Origin: Protoeuglena noctilucae
Lineage: Eukaryota
Reading direction: 5' to 3'
NCBI GenBank assembly: GCA_958009085.1
Contig: OY253686.1
Coordinates: 620,001-684,000 of the forward strand
DNA: 64,000 nucleotides
Below are positions 34,879-46,735 of the stretch, one piece after another. Both the position numbers and the translations under genes were made by a program. The number at the start of each line of letters is the position of its first letter. Position 1 is the stretch's first letter. The notes beneath the pieces were generated by a model. The model was not told the DNA's origin. It saw only the letters and a list, made by a program, of their open reading frames with translations, and made no database searches.

Positions 34879-37800
34879 TCACAGTTCCCCACGAGTGTCC
34901 CCGGCCCGGCTCTGCGGGGCATAGGGAGGCTGACTGACCATTAGACACCAATACCAACGCTTAGCCGCGTTCTACTCATCCGCTGCTTGCATGCGTGTGG
35001 TGTCTCGAGCAACCCCACCCGTCCCTCGCCTGCTTCTGCGTGGCTCTCCTGTGCGCGTCCGCCAGTCTCTCCTTGTACTTCTTCTCCCTCTTGGTCATCG
35101 CGTCCGCCTCCAGCAGCCAGCTGTTGGGCAGCACCACGCCCTGCTCCCGAAGCGTCTTGCGGACCTGTGGACGACGACAGGATGCGTAATGATGGCAAAC
35201 GTAGCAGCACGATCGAGTACTGCGTCACTTCCACTGTGCTGGACTGTGTTGGCACTGAGCCATTGAGTGCTTTGGTTCTGCCTCCAGCCACGGCAGGTGC
35301 CGCCCACGCACACCACTCGCCTTGTACCCCCGCACCCACGCCTGGATGCGGATGACGGCCTTCACCGCCAGCTGCAGCCTCAGCATTTTGTGGTGCCGCC
35401 AGCGCTCCTGCACCAGCCTGGCCGCCCTGCACACCGAGCAATGAGGCGCCTGGCGTTGCATGGATGCCACACGGCAGCGGTGAGCTGGGCGGAATCTCAT
35501 TTCCCTTTCTGCACCACGGCTTATTTTAACAAAACTGTCCAACAAACAAGTGCAACGTACCCCCGACCCCCCAACCCTCTGCCCCTCCCACGGCCCCCTC
35601 ACCTCTGCATCATGGCCGCCATGGCGCTGCCCTCCTCGCCCTCCCTGTCCCCCTGCGCCCGCGGCACCATGACGGCCCCCGCATTCAGCACGCTCTTCCC
35701 CGCCGCAATGCGCAACAGCTCCGAGTTCGCCCTCGGCGCCACCGTCAGGTCGCCACCCGCAGCCCCCGACGGCCCCGAGGGCCCTTCCCCGTCGGAGTCT
35801 CCCTCCTCTTCGTCAATGGTGTCGAGGGAGCCGGGGTCCAGCCCCGCGTCTGCCGGCACGTCCGGGCGCTTCGGGCCGCCTTGCCTGCGATCGGCGGGGA
35901 GGTGGGCGGTGCCAGACGCAACGACAGGGCGCGCGTGGTATGAGGAGGACAGCGGTGCCTGCAGCGCCTCTTGTCGACGAGTAGGTGTGCTTCGGCGGAG
36001 AGCAGGGGAGGCAGCAGCCCGTGCTGGGAATGGGCTGCGACGGGGCAAAGGCAGGTCACAGAGCAATGCGTGGTCCTCTCTCACCTCCTGCGTGGCCTTG
36101 CCGCGATGGCGCTGTCCTGGGGCCGCCCCGCCGCGCTCGCGTGCTCGATGCGCAGGCGCCTCATGTCCGGGTCCTCCCCCTCCACCACCTCCACGCCCGC
36201 ACCCGCCCCGACACCGCCTGCGGCCGACGAGCGCCCCACGACTTGGTGGCAGGCAGCGATGGGCGCGGTAGATGTCAAAGCACACAATAGGCTGAGCCTA
36301 CATTGGTTGGTTGCGCATGTGAGACACAAAGACTTCTGCCGTGTGTGGGCGCAGCCAAAGGGACAGGCAAGCAGCAACCGCATTTGTTTCCATGCTTCTC
36401 ATTCCCCTCCTCACCCGTCTGCAGGATGCTCTCAAGTTCGTCCTGCGGCTCCGGCTCGGTGGTGGTGTTGACGGTGGGCGTGTGCACGCTGCGTCGCATC
36501 CCGAACGACCCCGACCGCTGCGTCGTGATGGGGCGCTTGGCCTGCTGCGGGGGGAGAGAGATGAGGAGATCGGTATTGGCTGCTGGCGCTGTCAATAGCA
36601 ACGACAGGGCATGCATCAGAGATCCCTGCATCGCATCACGCTGCGCATGGTACAAGCCGCGTCGCCCTCACGTCTGCGCCTGGCGGCGGCGGCAGTTCCG
36701 CCACCCCGCCCTCCCTCAGCGCCTTGCTGTTCGCGGCCACCCTCTCCAGCAGCTCCGGCCCCGCCTCGTCGTCCGCAATCAGCACCGCCTCCTCGTACGT
36801 TGCCCCCGCCACCATGGCACGGTCTGCGATTCGGCAACGTTGCTGGAATGCTTAGCAAATGACGATGTCATTGGTCGCATCAACTGATATCGAAAACGTG
36901 CGCATGTCTCCGCGAGCTGGGTCGACGACAGCGCACTCAGGCTCTCCACACTGCCCCAGCGCGTTGTCTCACCGATGACCCGCTTGCGGATGAGGTTGAT
37001 CTGCTGCTCCCGCGCCTGCGCGTCCCACATCTGCTGCTCCTTCTCCCGCTTGAGCGCCTGCGCGCGGTCGCTCTGCAGGCGGCGCCGCAGCTGGGCCGCC
37101 CGGTCCTCCACGTCGTCCTGGGGAGACCCGAGCTCCGCCTCCAAGCCCTCGCCGTAGCGGACGATGCGCGCCTGCGCAAAGAACAGGCACAGCGGGGCGT
37201 TTGCATCGCGGCGCAGCAATCACCTCATGGCATGGGTAGCGGAGACATCGCTTTGCAACACGGCAGTCATCAACCGGCACAGCAAACACACTCTGGCACA
37301 GCAAGGGCCCCCCTCGGGACAGCACTCGCCTCGCCACCACATCACGTTCGCCGCACAGCCGCCCCATGCAATGCAACCGACCCCGACCCCACCCCGCTCA
37401 CCGGCGTCTGGTAGACGAGCTCCTCGACCTCCTGGGTCGGGTCTGGCACGAAATCGAAGTTGAAGTTGCGGAACCCCAGCTGCAGCGTGTACACCTCATC
37501 GGTGGCCGTGCCCGTGGAGGCGCCACCGCGCGCGTCCAGGCCCAGGCCCCCGATGACCCACATGGCGTCCCCTAGCACCGTCGCCGTGTGGCCGGCGCGG
37601 CCGCGGATGGCGTCGCCGCCCACCTGCGCGGGCGTGGAGGAGGCAGCCGTTAATTGATGAACGCAACGACCTCAACCGTGCGGGGTGAGGACGGGGTGAG
37701 AGTACCATAGTACCATAGTCGTTACAGCGACGGGCCACCATGGCGACTGATGACGCCTTGATCATTGTCATACGCCGCATTGACCGAGTTGCTTCATGAC

Positions 37801-39812
37801 ACACTCGTCACTTGCACCCCACACCCAGGTGCCTCTCGCCTTGATCTGGTGCCACCGCCAGTCCTTGCGGGGGTCCCCTTTAACCGACATGACGTGCACC
37901 TCGTTGCTCATCGTGACGCCCGTCCAGCCCCCGAACAGCACCACCATCTGCAGCTCCGGCACGTACGTCAGCGTGTGGCCCGACCGCGCCGAGGGGGGCT
38001 TGCCCTGGGGCATGACCTGAGGGTTGGGTGGGCGACAGGGAGAGTGACGGACAAAGCACGGAGCGGATGCAATGGGGGTCGTCCGTAGGCTCTCATTTAG
38101 TGCAGAGCAAAGGCGCAGGGGGTGCCGCGAGTGTTAGCGCGACAATGTCATGACCCTCATCATCCTTCTTACCAGGATCCACTCGAATCGGTTCATGTCC
38201 AGCACCCACATGTCCTGCCGCTGCCCGTACTGGTCCTGTCCCCCGTGGATCACCATCCACGTCCCGTCCCTCATCACGCACGACGCCGAACTGGCACGCG
38301 GTGCGGGGGACATGCCCTGCAACGGACGGATGCACGGTGCATGGCAACCGACGATTCGATTGGTGAATCTGCTGCATGCGCCTGTTTTCCAGTCCATCCC
38401 TACCCATATGACCCATGGGTCAGTTTATGACGTCACCCTGCCCTCTCTGCCCATGGCCGCCTGGCCAAGCCACCGCCCGTCCCCTAACACTCACCCCGTC
38501 GTCCTTGACCCGCTTCAGCGCCCATCGCCACGAGTCCGTGTTGAGCACGTACACATGCTCGATGAAGGCCGTGTTCCACCCCCCGTACACGACCATATGA
38601 CGGCCCCCAAACGACACACCACACGAGTGGTTGCAGCGGCCCACGGGGACGTCGCCCTGCGGGGGATCGGACCCGATGAGCTAGCTGTTTGCTTTACGTG
38701 GCTGCCTCAGAAATGTCGCATGCTTGGCTGAGGTGCACGGCAGCCTGTCTGATGGAGCCCCCATGCCTGACGTGCAGCTAGGCAACGAGGGTGCTCATGC
38801 TCTCACCTGCGGCACGACTGTCCCCCAAATGTCCTCCTCCAGCCCCGCCGGTGGGTCCTTGCCCCTCAGATGCCCGGGGACTTCGAGCTTGGCAGGCGGG
38901 TTGGGCCCACGCTTCATCACGCCCCATTCCTCCAGGATGGCCAGGTCTGGCAAGAAACGCGGTGAGAGTCGATATCGCAGTCATCACTATGCAGTAGAGA
39001 GGGGCGCCTGACCACAGCGCTGAGGTCGGGCCACAGGGCGCGGCCATGCATGTTGATGGGGCAGAGTGATGGTGCGAGCAGGGTGGCCATGTCTCTCACC
39101 GGACAGGCAGTCCCCGCGGTTGAAGCCGCCGTACAGGAGCAGCACGGGCACGGCCCCGCGTGCCAGCTTCCGCTGCTCGGGCGCCACGATGGCCGCGGAG
39201 TGGTACGCGCGGGCCCGGGGGGGATAGTAGGTGTGGACGCTCTGCCACTTGAGCGTCTGGGTGTTGAGCGAGTAGAAGTCCTGCAGGAACTGGTCGCCGT
39301 TGGCCCCGCCGAAGATGAAGATGCGAGAGTCCTTGGGGTTCATGATGAAGGCCGTGTGGCCGCCGCGGGGAGGGGGCCTCCGGACCTGGGGCATCACCCC
39401 GGTCTCCTTCTTCGTCCATAGCCCCTGCGCGGGCGCGGAGGGGGCGGCGCTCGCTCCGGGGGCGGAGAGCGAGCCTCGCATGAGTGACAGCGTGCCTGTG
39501 GGCCGCGTCCCGCACCTCGATGTGGCCTTCCCCGCGCTGGCGGTCCTTTGCCTGCTGCACCCAGTCACTCGCTCCAAGCACGTCGGCCTCAACCCCCTGC
39601 GGCAGCGCCAGGAAGGCAAGCATGGATGGAAATCCAAGCCAGGGCCGGGGCGCGGAGAGCAAGGACAAGCGCATGAGATAAGGAACGCGCTTGCGGTGAC
39701 GTGGGCTGCCCACGGACGAAGCAAGCGTCGGCCAGAGCGCACCGGCGCTCACCTTGTCCTTGGCCTTCAAGAGGCTCGCGCCGGTCCGCCGGTTCTTCAA
39801 CATGGACGCCAT
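34879..39812 (-). CDS. Kelch-repeat beta-propeller protein with a C-terminal helical region and IQ calmodulin-binding motifs
   Basis: About six Kelch blades (PPPRGGHTA..IFIFGG, PRARAYHSA..LLYGG, GRCNHSC..VVYGG, APRASSASC..VIHGG, PSARSGHTL..VLFGG, RGRAGHTAT..WVIGG). C-terminal AARLVQERWR and IQAWVRGYK|VRKTL. Joining both halves into one gene is inferred from compatible splice sites. Confidence 0.7.
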
Positions 39813-40353
39813 GACGGTATGCAGGCGACTCAGGTCCGTCGGACAGGACGTCTATTCACCCGCGCGAGGGGCAGGGCGACGCGGGCGGCACGCGCATGTG
39901 CATGTCTGGCCCAGCAACAGTGTGAGGTACCGGGCTTCACTGCGACCGTTCCGACAGGCGACACTTGCGAAAATAGGGCGGCGCTGGCACATAGAAGGGA
40001 CGGGCCCCGCGAGTCCGACCGGGGTCAGCAGTCAGAACCCGCGTGCGGGCGCCCGGCATCAACGGTTCCGCCGTGGGTGCGAGGAGCAATAATCGTCGAA
40101 CCGAGCGACGTCGCCACCCGCGGATGCCCAACCCGGAAGCTCCTTTGGCCGGACGTGGAACCCACCCCGCTGCGCGCTTTCCCGCGGCTTGCCGTGCACC
40201 GCGAGGGTCGCAGGCCTGCTTCGACAGTGCGAGGGAGTGACCGCGCCGTGCCTGACTCGCGCGTGTGGACGAGGGTGGCGGGAAGCTGCGTGCCGGCATC
40301 CGGTTGCGGTGCACCCGTCTGCTCCTCGCGTATCGGGCAACGCCGTCGCCGGA

Positions 40354-43300
40354 ATGCATAACCGTCTACAATCGCTCGCGAGTACCTCCGCGGCGGCCCC
40401 GTCGAGGCCTCTGCGCGCGCGACGGGCCGCGCGATGCAGGGCGGGGCCCCCGGAGGGTGGGGTCGGCGACGCGGTAGCCGCGACGGGCCAGGTGCGCTGG
40501 CATGCCTTTTTGCGCCTGGACGTGTTCCGTGCGCGTCGGCTTTACGCTGCCGCGTTAACGGCGCGGGTGGCAGGGGAAGCTTCCTGCCCCCCGTGTGTAC
40601 GGCGCGAACTCCGCGGCGGATGGCGGCTTAACGGCTTCGCTTCCGAGCGCCATCCAATGCTTGTTACTAGCAGGTGCAGACGTTGTCCATCGAGGAGCAG
40701 CTGGACGTTCTGCGGAAGGCCCGCGAGGAGTCGCTGGTGCGTGGCGGCCTCAGGAGCACTTCCCGGCGCGCCCCGGATCTCGCATACCCCGCGACATGAC
40801 GCTCCGCTGTTCTTTGTTCGCAGAAAGTGCTATCGCAGTATCCATCCATCTCGAGCAGCATCGTATCGCCCGCGCTCGTGCAACAGCCTGGAGCCAGGGC
40901 TGCGGGGGGCGTCGGCGTCGTGGACGTCCGGATGTACGAACAGGTGACCGCGTCGTGCTTTGATTGTTTGTACGGTATTGCGTGCGGGAGGGCGGTCCGA
41001 ACGCGGCCTCCTCGACGACGTTCTCGCGACCTCGACCGGCCGGGCTCTCTGGACCGCAGCTGGAGAAGAGCCGCGCGCGGCTCAGCGCGCAGCTGGCCGA
41101 GGAGCGACGCGTCAACGGATTCCTTCGTCGAGTCGCGGAAGAGCGAGAAAAGGAGGTTTCGGACGGGGCGGAGCTGCTTCGGAAGGTGCGACCGCCATGC
41201 ATGGTTGGGACCGCAGCTGACACTGCCCCGTCTCCTTTCACTACCCGCGACTGCCTCGAGGGGGTGAGCTAGTCCATGCATCGCAAGCGCGTGACGGTCT
41301 TTGATCCCGTCTCCCTCGCAGGCCGCCCAGGTGGTCAGCGCGGTGATGCGGTTAGCGCGGCGTGCAGCGGACGTGGTGCGCTTCGGGGTGGATCGGGACG
41401 AGATGCTCTTTGGCCTGGAGACTCTGATGGAGCGGCTGGAGATGCTGAACGAGGTCGTGGTGCGTCGCAGCGAGCGCAGGGGTGCTGCTCGAGGTCGCCA
41501 GCCCATCTGTCGCTCGCTCGGCTCGTTGCTGCTCAAGCATCGCCGTGCTTTGCTGCAGGGTGAGACGGCTACAGAGGCGGACGCGCTGCGGCGGCGCGAG
41601 GTGCCGATCGAGTGGCTGAGCCCCGCGAGTGAGGTGCGCGTGATGGGGACGTTTGACGAGTGGACGACGGGCGTCGAGCTGTCTCCCGAAAGCATCGAGG
41701 ACTCGGGTGAGGACCGCGTGCAATGCCGTGTGGTGCCCGCATGGCTGAAGAGCCCAGTCTGCCCGTGTGGCTGACGTGGCAGGAGCTGACACGAGCTGCT
41801 CTCCGCTCGCAGTGATGACCCGGTTCGTCGGGACGCTGATGCTCCGCCCTGGGAGGCACCACATCAAGTTCTTGGTGGACGGGGAGTGGCGCCTGGCCCC
41901 CACGTGGCCCATGGAGCAGGACGAGATGGGCAACGACTGCAACGTGGTGGAAATCAAGGCGACAGACCTGACGCTGAAGCCGGTGAGAGGGGGGCCTGGT
42001 TGCTACTGTTACCTGAAGCCAGTGCTTGCATGCCCGATGCACCCTGCCGCACCTGCTAGGCTCGCCTGCGCGCCTATGCGGAGCGACACCAGGGCAGCCT
42101 GTGGTCGGGACTTGGCTGGTGACCGCGTTCCGTGGCCGTCACTGTGACGTCATCGCCGTCTCTCAACGTCGCCACCGTCGCTGCCGTGTCTGCAGGAGAC
42201 GCGCAGCCTCGTGAGGGAGGGCCTTCCCGACGTGGCGCGCCCCACAACCGGCTCTGGCAAAGCCCTGGCCGACCTGGTCGACGCCGAGAGGGCCGCGTCA
42301 CCGGCCCCCGACTCGGCCAAAGTTGATGCCAAGGCCTCTGAGGCAGAGGCCAAGCGGGCTGAGGAGGCCAAGCGTGCTGAAGAGGCCAAGCGGGCTGAGG
42401 AGGTCAAGGCGGCAGAAGCGAAGGCTGCCGAGGCCAAGCGGGCTGAGGAGGCCAAGGCTGCTGAAGCCAAGCGTGCGGAAGAGGAGACCAAGGCTGCTGA
42501 GGAGGCCAAGGCTGCTGAGGAGAAGGCTGCTGAGGCCAAGCATACGGAGGAAGTGAAGGCGGCTGAGGCCAAGGCAGCCGAGGAGGCCAAGGCTGCTGAG
42601 GAGGCCAAGGCCGCTGAAGCCAAGCGTGCCGAGGACGAAGCTAAGGCGGCAGAGGCGAAGCGCATTGAGGTGGAGGCCAAGCGTGCTGAGGAGGAAGCTA
42701 AGGCGGCAGAGGCGAAGCGCGCTGAGGAGGAGGCCAAACGAGCTGAGGAAGAAGCTAAGGCGGTGGAGGCGGCCAAGCGTGCGGAGGAAGAGGCCAAGGC
42801 GGCCGAAGCCAAGGCTGCTGAGGAGGCCAAGGCTGCCGAGGCGAAACGCGCCGAGGAAGAAGCCAGGGCCGCAGAGGAGGCCAAGCGTGCTGAAGAGGCC
42901 AAGCGCGCTGAGGAGGAGGCAGCTAAGGCTGCTGAGGCCAAGCGCGCTGAGGAAGAGGCCAAGGCAGCTGCCGAGGCCAAGCGCATGGAGGAGGAGGCGG
43001 CCAAGGCAGCTGAAGAGGCGGCCAAGGCTGCTGAGGCCAAACGTGCTGAGGAGGAGGCCAAGGCAGCTGCCGAGGCGGCGGCCAAGGTTGCGCAGCCCGC
43101 GGATCAGGGCAAGGGTAGTGGCACCGTCCTCACCAACACGGGTGACCAGGGCAGCATTGAGCGGTACGTGGCAGGGGTGGACAGCCCCGCGCCCGTCTTG
43201 CCCAAGGTGGAGGCGTCCATCATGCACGCGCTGGCGCAGGCGGCCGCGCCCATCGTCCAGGCGCTGACCCACGCGACCGCACCCGCGGCGCCAGCAGGCA

Positions 43301-44109
43301 AGGCGGCCCCCCCTGCCACCACGCCGGCTGCCAGTGCGCCCGTTTCCGGGGACAAGCCGGCCGCCCCGCCTGCCCCGGCGCCCCCCGCGTTCCAGTCGGT
43401 GTTTAGCTGGGGCAACCCCACTGTTTTCGAGGCGCCCATCTACGCCAAGCCTGCTAAGTCGGCCCCTGCTGACGCGGCCCCTGGCACCCCCGCGCCCGTT
43501 GAGCCGGTTTCCGCGAGCGCAGCGCCGGCGGAGGCGGCGTCTCCCAGCCCAGCCCCCGCTGCGCAGGGCGAGGGCTCAGACCCGCCCCGGCCTGCTGGCC
43601 AAGTGGCTGGGCAGGAGCCGCCCGCCCCTCGCCCTCCCTTAACGCCGCTCCCCTCCATTTTCTCGCCGCACAGCGGCGCCTCCTCCGCCCAATCCAATGC
43701 CGTGCCGAAGCCCATTGCCCCCGCGGATGCCCCGCCCTCTCCCGCCACGCCTGCCGCCCCCGCCGCGCCCGCCACCCCTGCCGCGCCCGTTGCTGCTGCC
43801 GACGCGCCCAAGCCCCTCCCGCTGCTGCCGATCGTCGGCACCTCCCGCGTGTTGGGCTCCAAGGGCGTCGCTGCTCCTGCCAGCGTGGACAGCTCGGACA
43901 GCCCTGGTGACCGTGGCGCGCCTGCTGGCCCCCGCGCCCCGCCCTCTCCGCCCATGCCGCCCATCGTCTCCCGCCCCTCCGGCGAGGTGTTTGTGCGCCC
44001 CGAGAGCGCCACGCTGCGCAAGCTCAAGCAGGCCATCGAGGAGGCCCGGGCCATGCGCGAGCTGCCCATTGTTCGGAGGTCCCAGGACGGCGACTTTGAG
44101 AACAAGTGA
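40354..44109 (+). CDS. PTST1-like plastid starch-binding protein (transit peptide, coiled coil, CBM48) with a ~640-aa C-terminal extension; 8 exons
   Basis: CBM48/AMPK-beta-type motifs VPIEWLSPASEVRVMGTFDEWTTGVELSPE..FVGTLMLRPGRHHIKFLVDGEWRLAPTWP..GNDCNVVEI, preceded by a coiled coil. Donor GTGAGA at 41983 and acceptor AG ending at 42195 join in phase 0 to the 42211-44109 ORF. Confidence 0.8.
42340..43086 (+). repeat. Coding degenerate tandem repeat (EAKRAE / EAKAAE units), about 250 aa
   Basis: Repeated GAGGCCAAGCG(T/G/C)GCTGAG and GAGGCCAAGGCTGCTGAG units with synonymous third-position variation. Confidence 0.95.
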
Positions 44110-44250
44110 CGGGCCATGGGTGGCGAGCTAGGCACTAGCCAGTGCGCGGCGCCGTTCTGGATAATCTTTAGACTCTAGGCTGCCGGCAAACAAATTGAAG
44201 TAGGCGGAAAGACAAGTTACGACATGGCACATACGCTGCACATCACGCCC

Positions 44251-46371
44251 CTACCCCTGCCCTCGGCCCCCGCTCCCTGTCGCCGGGGCCGCCCACTCTG
44301 GCGGGGCCAGGATGCGCGCGGAGGGACTCTCCGGCGCCCCTAGCTGCCCGCACGCTGCCATCTCGTCGTCGCCCCGGCTGTCGCGCACCGTGCACACGTA
44401 CCCGTCGGCGATGAGGGCGCTGCGGAAGGACGCCACCGCGGCGGGGGTGCTGGGCGCGAATTGGGCGCCCTGGTGGGGGTTGAACACGATCAGGTTGACC
44501 TGCGGTGCAGGTAGCGAGGCAGAGTTGATACAATGACGCCCTTGTCATGCCACACTGGTGTAGAAGGCGTGGGAACCGGCCATGGCGGTGCCATTGCAGC
44601 GTTCCGATGGCCTCACCTTGCACTTGATCCCCCGCAGCAGGGCTCCGAGCCTCTGGGCGTCTTCGGCCGTGTCATTCACGCCCTTCAGCATGACATACTC
44701 GATGAGCACGAAGCCCTTGCCCTCTCTCGGAAACAGCTCCTCCAAGCAGCCGAGCAGCTGTGCCAAGGGGTACCTGAGAGGCATGGCAAGAGAGGCATGA
44801 CAAGCAGGCGTCCAACGCATGCTCACAGAGGAACCGTTCCCTTTGCAAGCGACAGCACAAACTGGCCAAAGCACGTTAGCAATCGATCCCGGCCCCTCGC
44901 CTGCGGTTGACGGGCACGATCCAGTCCCGCACGGCGTCGGTGGTGGCGTGCAGGGACACCGCGAGCTGTCCCCCCACGGGGCTGCTGGCAAAGGCGCGGA
45001 TGCCGGGGACCAGCCCGACGGTGGACACGGTGACCTTCTCGCGGGACATGTGCAGTCCCTGGGGATCGCAAACAATGGCCAGGGCGCGCTCGACGGCCGG
45101 CCAGTTGTCCAGGGGCTCGCCCATGCCCATGAACACCAGGTTGGTCACTGTCGATGGCAGGCCGCCTGGGGGTGCGGGTGCGGGTGGGCGCGGTGTCAAG
45201 CGGGTGCCACTGGCCCTCAGCATCACGAGCCGTTTTCATCAGCCCCAGTCATCCAGCTTGCCTCGTTCCGCCACGTGCCGCTTTGCCTGCACCACTTGCT
45301 CGACCACCTGCGCCGCGCTCAGGTTGCCCCGCAGACCCATCCTGCCCGTGTAGCAGAACTGGCAGTTCATCGCGCACCCCACTTGCGTCGACACGCACAC
45401 GGTCACCCGCCGGCGCCGGCCCTCTGACCTGCAAACAGCGAAAGCCAGGCTCTCAAGCAAGATCGGCCCGCTGACGTTCACTCCCACACAGCCGATGGGC
45501 ATTGGACAAGCGATCTGCCCGCCCTGTGCCTCACCGCACGACGGGGATGAGGACCGTCTCCACTCTGCCCCCCGCAGCCTCCCCTGCAGTGACGCGAAAC
45601 ACCAGCTTGGTGGTGCCGTCCGAGGCGTCGTGGGCCTCCAGGAGCTCCAGGCCACCGTCTGGAGTCCCGCGACCCCGCACAGCTTCCCGGAACCGCGCTG
45701 AGAAGCCGTTCTGCAGGCCCTCCGTCTCGTCAAACGTGCTCATGTACAGGGAGCCGCCGTACGAGGGGGAGTCCGAGTACATCCAGCGCCAGACCTGGCG
45801 CGCTCGGCGCTGCGGGTAGCAAAAGATGGGGCTTTCAGCACGCATCGTCGCGTGCAATGCGGCCTGCTCCTTCGCGAGCTGAAGCACCTCCGGTTCGGCG
45901 TCTCCCACGCTCGCGCACCATTCCACGAGCTCTGGAAACAGCATGTCTTTCAGCAAGAACTCATCGCCGGCGCAAGTGCCGGGCTGCGGGGAAGGGGGAC
46001 AGGATTAAGTGCGTGGAGGTGCGTGGGCCGTTGAAAGACAATGGTGGAGCTCAACGAGCACCTTTGTACTGCATTATCATCGCACCAGCCACTCGCATGC
46101 ATGCAGACCGGGAGATAGAAGTGCTGTCACGCATTATCACCCTTTTCTTCGCTGCGTGCTCCCCGCCCAGGGGCCCCGGAGCCGGTGCGTGCGCCACGGC
46201 GCGCAAAACAAGGCCTTTGTCACGCCCCCCGACCGTGCGTCGCTCAGCCAGCTCTGCACGCTGACGCAAAGCGCTGCCCCATGCTAGCGAGCAGCTCAGG
46301 GGCAGCGAACGGACATGGCGGCAGTGGTGGCCGGTCCAGCAAGCCGAGGGAGCTCTGAACGCGACACTCAT
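44251..46371 (-). CDS. rlmN: RlmN-like radical SAM RNA methyltransferase, probably organelle-targeted
   Basis: [18 protein letters not shown] (CxxxCxxC), [31 protein letters not shown] and AACGQL. The N-terminal exon [11 protein letters not shown].. looks like a transit peptide. Confidence 0.92.
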
Positions 46372-46735
46372 GCCGACGAGCGGGTGCACATGCCCAGAAA
46401 CGTCGGCGGGTACGCTTATCAAGTGGTGGCGGGGGCGTCACGAGGCCAATAATGCTGCGAGCAGGGCGTCGTGCGACAAGGCGTGCATGTGACGGTGGAG
46501 ACGGAAGGTCAGCAAGTAAAACAGGCTGCGGCGGCGAGAGGCGGACCTCAGAAACACTCGTTTCTGAGGTGACTCTTCGCGTCTCCAGCTGAAGAGGCGC
46601 CCCGGACAGGCTGAGACGCCATACCATGCTACGCGATGGTAATATGCCACGTGCTGGGGGACACGCTGACTCCATCAGGGTCTCCAGGGAAGCGTTTGCG
46701 GGGCGCCGCACCCACGAGGGCGCTTCCCTGCCCCG

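Noticed and set aside
42340..43086. CRISPR array or bacterial TolA/horizontal insert
   Set aside because: There are no unique spacers, variation is at codon level, and the repeat sits in a spliced exon in eukaryotic context. Any TolA resemblance is compositional.
42150..43272. Long minus-strand ORFs (SAALASSSARL.. and LGLLSS..)
   Set aside because: They are antisense shadows of the EAKRAE coding repeat.
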